Shown here: piece after piece, positions 57,435 through 64,000 of the stretch
Layout: each line of letters starts with the position of its first letter
How positions within the stretch are numbered: position 1 is the first letter of the stretch
From: Chloroflexota bacterium
Lineage (GTDB): Bacteria > Chloroflexota > UBA11872 > VXOZ01
Direction: 5' to 3'
Length of the DNA: 64,000 nucleotides
Assembly (NCBI GenBank): GCA_964291655.2
Contig: OZ219802.1
Coordinates: 256,001-320,000, forward strand
Notes under the pieces: model-generated
Database searches by the model: none
Told to the model about the DNA's origin: nothing
Seen by the model: the letters and a program-made list of their open reading frames with translations, nothing else
Translations under genes and position numbers: made by a program

Positions 57435-59324
57435 GTGGCTGAAGAACAGAGTTCACCACAACAATACGGCGTTGTGGTCGCTAGAAATGTCATGATGACG
57501 GCCCGTGATGGCGTCAAGCTCGGCACAGATGTGTATCGTCCGGCGCTTCCTGCCGACGGCAGCGCGGGTAGCATCGGGCTAACGCAAGACGACCTGGAAG
57601 CCGTAGAGGGTGCGTTTCCCGTTATTCTCGAGCGCACGCCGTATGACAAGACGGGACTTGGATTGCGGCGGAAGGGGCACTATTATGCGCGGCGGGGGTA
57701 CGTGGTGGTGATCCAGGACGTGCGGGGACGGTTTACGTCTGAGGGCGAGTGGTACGCCTTTGGCGATGAAGGGCCGGACGGATACGACACTTGCGCCTGG
57801 ATCGTGGAGCAGCCATGGTCGAACGGCAAGATCGCTACCACGGGTTGCAGTTACGCCGGCTGTACGCAAAGCGCCCTCGCGTCGCTCAACCCGCCCGGCC
57901 TGGCCGGCATGTTCGTGGAGGAAGGGCCGTGGAATTACCACACCGCTTCCATGCGGCACAACGGCGCCTGCGAGATGCGCTTCATGATCTATGCCTTCCG
58001 CATGGCGACCACCAGCAAAGAGGCGCTCAGCGACCCGCGCCTGCGCCAGAGCCTGGATAGCGCCTTCGCCAACGTGGCGCAATGGGTGGAAAATGCGCCC
58101 CTGAAGAAGGGCGTATCGCCGCTAGCCGAGCTGCCCAGCTACGAGCAATGGCACCTGGACGTCCTCACTCACGGCGACCTGGACGAATACTGGCACCGTC
58201 CCGGCTACGGCCCGGAGCTCTTCTACGATGAACACGCCGACGTGCCGACCGTCTACTTCGGCGGCTGGTACGATTCCTATGCGCGCTCGACCTGCACAAA
58301 TTATGTCGAGCTTAGCGAGCGCAAAGAATCGCCGCAGACGCTCATCATGGGCCCCTTCACCCACGGCACCGGCAGTGCCGAGGTCTCCCACGCAGGTGAC
58401 GTCGACTTTGGCCGCGATGCCGCCATTTACGACATGAACGAGTTGCGGCTGCATTGGTACGACTACTGGCTCAAGGGAAAAGAGACCGGCGTGGGGCAAA
58501 CCAAGCCGGTGCAGATCTTCGTCATGGGCGGCGGCAGCGGCACGCGCAACAGCGACGGCCGGCTGGACCACGGCGGACACTGGCGCGCGGAAGACGAGTG
58601 GCCGCTCGCGCGCACCGCGTGGACTCCTTACTACTTGCACGCCGACGGCGGTCTGAGCTTAGATACACCCTCGCCGACCAAGCAACAGAGGCAGAGTTCA
58701 TTTACGTTCGACCCGGCAAATCCCGTCCCAACCATCGGCGGCAACCTCTCGGCGGGTGATCCAGTCCTTGTTGCGGGCGCTTACGACCAGCGCGGCGACG
58801 AGCGCTTTTTTGGGTATACCGGCAGCCTGCCGCTGGCGGCCCGGCCTGACGTTCTGGTTTTCCAGACCCCGCCGCTTGAAGAAGACATAGAGGTGACGGG
58901 CCCGCTCACGGTGAAACTCTGGATCAAATCTACCGCCGTGGATACCGACTTTACGGTCAAGCTGCTCGATGTGCATCCACCAAATGGCGACTACCCCCAG
59001 GGCTTTGCCATGAATGTCACGGACAGCATACAGCGCGCCCGCTACCGCAATAGCCGGGAACAGGCAGAATTGCTTGAGCCAAACGTACCGACGGCAATCG
59101 CCATCGAGATGTATCCGACAAGCAACGTCTTTGCGCAGGGCCATCGCATCCGGCTGGATGTCTCCAGCAGTAACTTCCCGCGCTTCGACGTGAATCCAAA
59201 CACCGGGGAATCACTGGGCCGCCACACGCGGCTGGAAGAGGCGCATAACACAGTCTTCCACGAGCCGGGACGACCCTCGCACATCGTCTTGCCAGTAATT
59301 CCCAGGTGTGAAGAACCCGAGTAA
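57435..59324 (+). CDS. CocE/NonD family hydrolase
   Basis: 'RDGVKLGTDVYRP', 'RTPY', 'QDVRG', 'GCSYAG', 'GGWYD', 'SSSNFPRFD'; GTG 57435. Confidence 0.9.
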   Translation: MAEEQSSPQQYGVVVARNVMMTARDGVKLGTDVYRPALPADGSAGSIGLTQDDLEAVEGAFPVILERTPYDKTGLGLRRKGHYYARRGYVVVIQDVRGRFTSEGEWYAFGDEGPDGYDTCAWIVEQPWSNGKIATTGCSYAGCTQSALASLNPPGLAGMFVEEGPWNYHTASMRHNGACEMRFMIYAFRMATTSKEALSDPRLRQSLDSAFANVAQWVENAPLKKGVSPLAELPSYEQWHLDVLTHGDLDEYWHRPGYGPELFYDEHADVPTVYFGGWYDSYARSTCTNYVELSERKESPQTLIMGPFTHGTGSAEVSHAGDVDFGRDAAIYDMNELRLHWYDYWLKGKETGVGQTKPVQIFVMGGGSGTRNSDGRLDHGGHWRAEDEWPLARTAWTPYYLHADGGLSLDTPSPTKQQRQSSFTFDPANPVPTIGGNLSAGDPVLVAGAYDQRGDERFFGYTGSLPLAARPDVLVFQTPPLEEDIEVTGPLTVKLWIKSTAVDTDFTVKLLDVHPPNGDYPQGFAMNVTDSIQRARYRNSREQAELLEPNVPTAIAIEMYPTSNVFAQGHRIRLDVSSSNFPRFDVNPNTGESLGRHTRLEEAHNTVFHEPGRPSHIVLPVIPRCEEPE

Positions 59325-59519
59325 GCCAATCGCGCAAACAACCATGTGGGGAAATGTCTCCGGGCTTTGAAAGCACTGAGATTGGTGCTAGTTGCCGCGT
59401 GGCGCGCCTGCATTCTTGGTGGAACAGTAGTGAAGAGCGCGTATTGGCCGCCGAGTAGAGAGAGCAAGATCGACCTGAACAGTTGAGACTAGTACTGCAA
59501 CAATGAAGAGTGAGATTCA

Positions 59520-61415
59520 GTGAAATCAGACTCCATTCATGAACAGGCCGCCGGACTAGCGCCGGCTGACTACACCGTGCACATTGATCCGGCTGGCCCC
59601 GTCATGGTAGGTCAGTACGGCACGTGGGATATCGCCGTGACCGTTGGCGCGCAGGGCATTGCCATCGGCGGCGGCGTGCGGATTGCCCCGCCGCACCGCG
59701 AGAAACAGCGGTGGGACGTGGGTAGTGTGGTTGCAACTACGGATGTTCCCGGCACAAGCGTGCGGGTAAACGTCGTAAACGGCCACCCGCTCTCCTATCA
59801 CCACTCCCAATATCCCGTAATCTATGCCATGGTCGAGGGTAAGCCATTGCGAGGCGGGGATACCCTTACCGTCACGCTCGGCCATCCGGGCAATTACGTG
59901 TCCGGCTTTCGTCAACCGGCACAGGCGCAAGACATCGTCAGCGTAGACACGTTCTTTGAGGTGGGAGTGGATATAGAAGGAAACACCGACTATAGCAATC
60001 CGGACTATCCGGTGCGAGGCGGTGGCCGCCACTTTCCACTCCGGCGGCAACCGGCAATAGATGTCGTGCCCGCTGCGCCGGCGGCGCTCGGCCTAGTGGT
60101 GCCGCAGTTTGAGGCCGGTAAAGGTCCGGCGCAGGTCTTTGTCCATGCCAGGGACGAATTTGGCAACGTGTGCGATAGTTTTCAGGGGGCGCTCAAGCTT
60201 GAGACCGTCGGCGGCAGTGACGGCAAGTTGGAAGCTGAAGCGGATGCGACAACAGAAGAACGGGGACTAGCGGACGCAAGCATTGACGTCCCGGCGCGGG
60301 ATGGAGTCTATCTTGTGCGGGCACGGGACGAAGCCAGCGGCATCATCGGCAAGAGCTGGCCGATTGCTCCCCACTTTCGTCCAGCCGGATACAACATCTA
60401 TTGGGGCGACATTCACAATCACACTAATCTCTCCGGAGACGGCGTGCGCGACATTGACGACGCCTACTGGTACGCACGGCACATCAGCGGGTTGGACTTC
60501 GTGGCGATTACCGACCATGAGGGCGGCAAGGACTGGGAGCGCAGCAAGAAGTGCGCCAGGAAATACTACGTGCCCGGTAAATTTGCGACGTTTCTTGCCT
60601 ATGAGTACAGTAGGGCCGGGTCCTACGGACACCGCAACGTCTACTATCTAGACGACGACAGGCCCTGTCCTACGCCCGACGATCCGAACGAACTATGGTC
60701 CCAGCTGCCGCCCGGTCGCGCGCTGGTCATACCGCACCATCCGAATACGCACTCGGAAGGAGGGACGACCTTCGGCCGCTGGCAGCCGACAGACTGGGAC
60801 GTGCACCACCCGGAGTTTCAGCGGCACGTTGAGATCTGCCAATTGCGCGGCTCGTTTGAGGTTGAAGAAGTGGGTGCGCCAGTAGTTTTGGGCGGCAATG
60901 GGTCGTCGGCGCGCAGCGCCCTGGCGAAAGGGCTGCGCCTCGGCTTTGTCGGCGGCACCGACAACCACCGCGGCCATCCGGGCTCGAGCATGGATACCAT
61001 GGGTGGCATCAACTTCCGGCTGAGGCCGGTAGGCGGTCTGACCGCGGTGCTGGCAAGCGAGTGCACACGTGAATCATTGTGGGAAGCTATGCTTGCCCGC
61101 CGCACATATGCCACAACCGGCCAACACATCCTGCTCGACGTTGCCGTCAATGGCGCGTGCATGGGCAGCACCACGGCATTGGCCGCAGCATTCTTGCTAG
61201 CGGTTGCGGTGATTGGCACCGACGAGATTGCCCGCGTTGACATCATCCGCGACGGCCAAGAGGTCTATTCCATCACCGGTGAAGGCACAACTTGCGAGTT
61301 CACGTGGCAAGATTGCTCACCGGGAGCACCATGCTATTACTACGTACGTGTCATTCAGAGGGACGGCAATGCGGCGTGGTCGAGCCCCGTCTGGATTGAG
61401 GATGCGGTGACGTAG
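59520..61415 (+). CDS. DUF3604-like PHP-fold metallohydrolase (paralog)
   Basis: 'YWGDIHNHT', 'TDH', 'GHRNV', 'IPHH', 'GTDNH', 'WSSPVW'. Confidence 0.8.
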   Translation: MKSDSIHEQAAGLAPADYTVHIDPAGPVMVGQYGTWDIAVTVGAQGIAIGGGVRIAPPHREKQRWDVGSVVATTDVPGTSVRVNVVNGHPLSYHHSQYPVIYAMVEGKPLRGGDTLTVTLGHPGNYVSGFRQPAQAQDIVSVDTFFEVGVDIEGNTDYSNPDYPVRGGGRHFPLRRQPAIDVVPAAPAALGLVVPQFEAGKGPAQVFVHARDEFGNVCDSFQGALKLETVGGSDGKLEAEADATTEERGLADASIDVPARDGVYLVRARDEASGIIGKSWPIAPHFRPAGYNIYWGDIHNHTNLSGDGVRDIDDAYWYARHISGLDFVAITDHEGGKDWERSKKCARKYYVPGKFATFLAYEYSRAGSYGHRNVYYLDDDRPCPTPDDPNELWSQLPPGRALVIPHHPNTHSEGGTTFGRWQPTDWDVHHPEFQRHVEICQLRGSFEVEEVGAPVVLGGNGSSARSALAKGLRLGFVGGTDNHRGHPGSSMDTMGGINFRLRPVGGLTAVLASECTRESLWEAMLARRTYATTGQHILLDVAVNGACMGSTTALAAAFLLAVAVIGTDEIARVDIIRDGQEVYSITGEGTTCEFTWQDCSPGAPCYYYVRVIQRDGNAAWSSPVWIEDAVT

Positions 61416-61522
61416 ACTCTTTTTTCGAGAGTGGCACTCAGCTTCTATTTGCTGTATACTGATTTGGCACGCAGTTACCGGTACTATGGCAATGAGTAAT
61501 TGACGGTCTGAGGAGACAGGTG

Positions 61523-61915
61523 ATGGCCCAAGCACAAGTGGAACCCCGAGACAGTAGCTCCGAGAACCCAGCCATAGTTGCCTGGATGAAGCCGTTTTGT
61601 GGTTGGAGCAACGGGGTACGTGCCGTGTTTCTAAAGTACGGCCTCACATTCGATGATCGCGACATTATCAATAACGCCACGCACTTTGCCGAAATGGTAA
61701 AGCGCACCGGCCAGACGATGCAACCTTGTGTTGTGATTGATGACCACGTGTTGATCGATGTGTCCGGTGAAGAAGTTGAAGCGTGGCTGATCGAACACAA
61801 CTACGTCGAACAAAGTGACAAGGAACCAGACGTTCCGATTGATCGCGCTTGCGAAAACGAAGCGGAGCCGAAGCCGGTATCGCTTCAAATGAGACCGCGC
61901 TCGACTGCTCAATAG
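61523..61915 (+). CDS. Monothiol glutaredoxin-like protein
   Basis: 'KPFCGWS', 'TGQTMQPCVVI'; AGGAG RBS. Confidence 0.75.
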   Translation: MAQAQVEPRDSSSENPAIVAWMKPFCGWSNGVRAVFLKYGLTFDDRDIINNATHFAEMVKRTGQTMQPCVVIDDHVLIDVSGEEVEAWLIEHNYVEQSDKEPDVPIDRACENEAEPKPVSLQMRPRSTAQ

Positions 61916-62358
61916 GGATATGTCCTGACAGTCGTTTCCGCATTCAAGCTATTGCATTATCCTAGCCTTAGTCCTTCTCGCAAAAACACTGCAATCGTCC
62001 CCGATTGGTCCTAGTTGGCGGAGAACAGCTGCAAGCGCCAGGCACACGTGCATATACCTCATGGTGAATTGGTAGTCTTGCAAGCATTCTTGGGTAGTAT
62101 TGTTTCTCGTCAACGTACGATGAAAAACGAAATGAGTTCACGCTCTACATTTCCATGCTCAGCTTTGCAGCATGGCAAGACTAACCCCCGTTCCTACTCC
62201 CCTTCCGGCTTCTTCTTGCTCCTCAGGGATCGCATCCCAGCAACAATCGCACCAGACTTGCCGCTGCCCTTATCAGCAGCGACGGGCCGTAGTCTCACCC
62301 ATAGGCGCGAGGTCGTCGACGCTCTCGTGCCCCAGTTCTACTAAAGGCCAATAGCAAG

Positions 62359-63684
62359 ATGTTTCCTTCACGTAAGTGGCTCTACCCTGGAATGCACGTA
62401 AAACGGTGGATTGTGCTGCTGATCGCGGGCTTTATGGCCTTCGCTCTATCCGGCGCCATGGCGCTCGCCTGGATATACAGGAATGTCGCAGTTCCTGAGC
62501 CTTTCACCGATCCGGTGCAAGCCGTAACTCTTCAGTTCATACCCCACCCGTTTCGAGAGCTTCTGGTAGGCTCCGTAGGCTTAGTTCTCATTGTCTTGGC
62601 AATTTGGAAACTCAATGCCTCGCTGATGGAGGTTGTTGCTGAACCTCGCAGAAGTGAGAGGTTGGTAGACCTTGTGTACGCTCGTCGACTGCTCAAGACG
62701 GGTCCCAGGATCGTTACGATTGGGGGAGGCACCGGCCAAGCGGTGCTCTTGCGCGGTCTAAAGGAGTTTACGAACAACCTTACGGCAATTGTGACGGTGG
62801 TTGATGACGGCGGATCGTCCGGTCGCCTGCGGCGCGAGTTTGGCGCCCTGCCACCGGGTGACGTGCGTCAATGCATCGGCGCGCTGGCTGTTGCAGAACC
62901 TCTGATGACGCGGATGCTCAATTACCGGTTTAGCAAGGGCAACGGCTTGGAAGGGCACAGCCTCGGCAACCTCATGATGCTTGCCATGGCCGACCTGACG
63001 GGAAACTTCGAATCGGGGATACGAGAACTCTCACGGGTGCTTGCCGTTCGCGGGCAAATTCTGCCTTCAACGCTCGAGAGCGTCAAGCTTTGCGCCGAAC
63101 TCGAAGACGGTCGCACCATTTCCGGTGAATCCGCAGTTGGCGACGCGGGATCGACCATCAAGCGAGTCTATCTTGATCGGCAGCATCCCACTGCCTTCAG
63201 TGAAGCCAGCCAGGCAATCCTGGATGCAGACTACATTATTCTTGCCCCAGGCAGTCTCTATACGAGCCTGCTCCCCAACTTACTGGTGCCGGAGATCTCT
63301 CAGGCGGTCGCCAAGTCTAAAGCCCTGAAGCTCTACATCTGCAACGTTGCAACGGAGCCTGGTGAGACGAGTCACTATGGTGTGGCAGAGCACCTGGAGG
63401 CGCTCAAACAGCATGCGCCGTTTGATGTTTGTAAGCTCGTGCTCGCGAATGACCAGACGTCCCTCCAATCGGCGAATGGTACCTATGAACTCGTGCAACT
63501 GCCCGCGGAAGAGCGCGAAATCGATGGGGTATCGATCGTCACGGCCGACGTAATTGACGTAGAGATTCCCTATCAGCACAGTGCGGTAAAGCTCGCCCAG
63601 GCCGTGATGCAGGTGTATAGTGACTATGGACCAACGAAGCGAGAACGCAAGCGAGCTGAAGCAGAATCGATTGAGGTCGCCTAA
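62359..63684 (+). CDS. yvcK: YvcK/CofD-like (UPF0052) protein with N-terminal TMs
   Basis: 'IGGGTG', 'VTVVDDGGSSGRLR', 'PPGDVR', 'GHSLGN', 'PGSLYTS', 'PGET'. Confidence 0.9.
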   Translation: MFPSRKWLYPGMHVKRWIVLLIAGFMAFALSGAMALAWIYRNVAVPEPFTDPVQAVTLQFIPHPFRELLVGSVGLVLIVLAIWKLNASLMEVVAEPRRSERLVDLVYARRLLKTGPRIVTIGGGTGQAVLLRGLKEFTNNLTAIVTVVDDGGSSGRLRREFGALPPGDVRQCIGALAVAEPLMTRMLNYRFSKGNGLEGHSLGNLMMLAMADLTGNFESGIRELSRVLAVRGQILPSTLESVKLCAELEDGRTISGESAVGDAGSTIKRVYLDRQHPTAFSEASQAILDADYIILAPGSLYTSLLPNLLVPEISQAVAKSKALKLYICNVATEPGETSHYGVAEHLEALKQHAPFDVCKLVLANDQTSLQSANGTYELVQLPAEEREIDGVSIVTADVIDVEIPYQHSAVKLAQAVMQVYSDYGPTKRERKRAEAESIEVA

Positions 63685-63757
63685 CGGAGATACAGACATA
63701 CGTTGCGCGCGCCCTGTGGCTACTACACCCGGGAGCGGAGAGGGGAACTAGAGACTT

Positions 63758-64000
63758 ATGGCACGAGTGGCAATCAACGGATTTGGCCGCATTGGTAGAT
63801 TGGCTCTGCGGGCAATTTTGGAGCGGGCGCCGGACTTAGACCCAGTTGCGGTGAACGACCTTGCAAGCGCGGAGACGAACGCGCATCTCTTCAAGTACGA
63901 CAGCAACTACGGACGCTTTAACGGCGAGATTGACGCAAGCGACCAAGGGCTAACAATCGACGGGCGACACCTTCACGCCCTTTCACAACGTGACTGGACT
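63758..64000 (+). CDS. gap: Type I glyceraldehyde-3-phosphate dehydrogenase (partial)
   Basis: MARVAINGFGRIGR..AVNDL..AHLFKYDSNYG. Confidence 0.95.
   Translation, partial: MARVAINGFGRIGRLALRAILERAPDLDPVAVNDLASAETNAHLFKYDSNYGRFNGEIDASDQGLTIDGRHLHALSQRDWT

Noticed and set aside
61920-62350. rapZ remnant or small ORF upstream of yvcK
   Set aside because: No Walker A or other recognisable motif in any listed frame.

Overview
GC-rich bacterial chromosomal window, most consistent with a Chloroflexota genome, possibly a sponge or other marine host-associated lineage. This is inferred from a giant FN3/cadherin surface protein, a Tat-lipoprotein solute-binding protein, expanded catabolic hydrolases and REP-type repeats. 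Housekeeping genes (greA-lysS-serS, tRNA-Glu, cimA, yvcK-gap, an aquaporin) are interleaved with many catabolic enzymes, a glcDEF-FNR-nuoEF redox cluster, an MntA/HepT toxin-antitoxin pair and a nonsense-disrupted NucS-like nuclease. The most unusual region is 17.2-27.1 kb. It holds mirror-image arrays of ~50-54 bp units growing out of a REP doublet, a 46-bp-periodic palindromic operator array, a 2192-aa adhesin with an odd C-terminus, and a duplicated [MarR + tRNA-Glu] unit whose second tRNA copy is degenerate but has a G3:U70 pair. Other points of note are probable non-canonical start codons (lysS ATA/ACG; ATC at 37475), a Thr-type 'sulfatase' and a TIP-like aquaporin. All annotations come from motif recognition by eye; no database searches were run.
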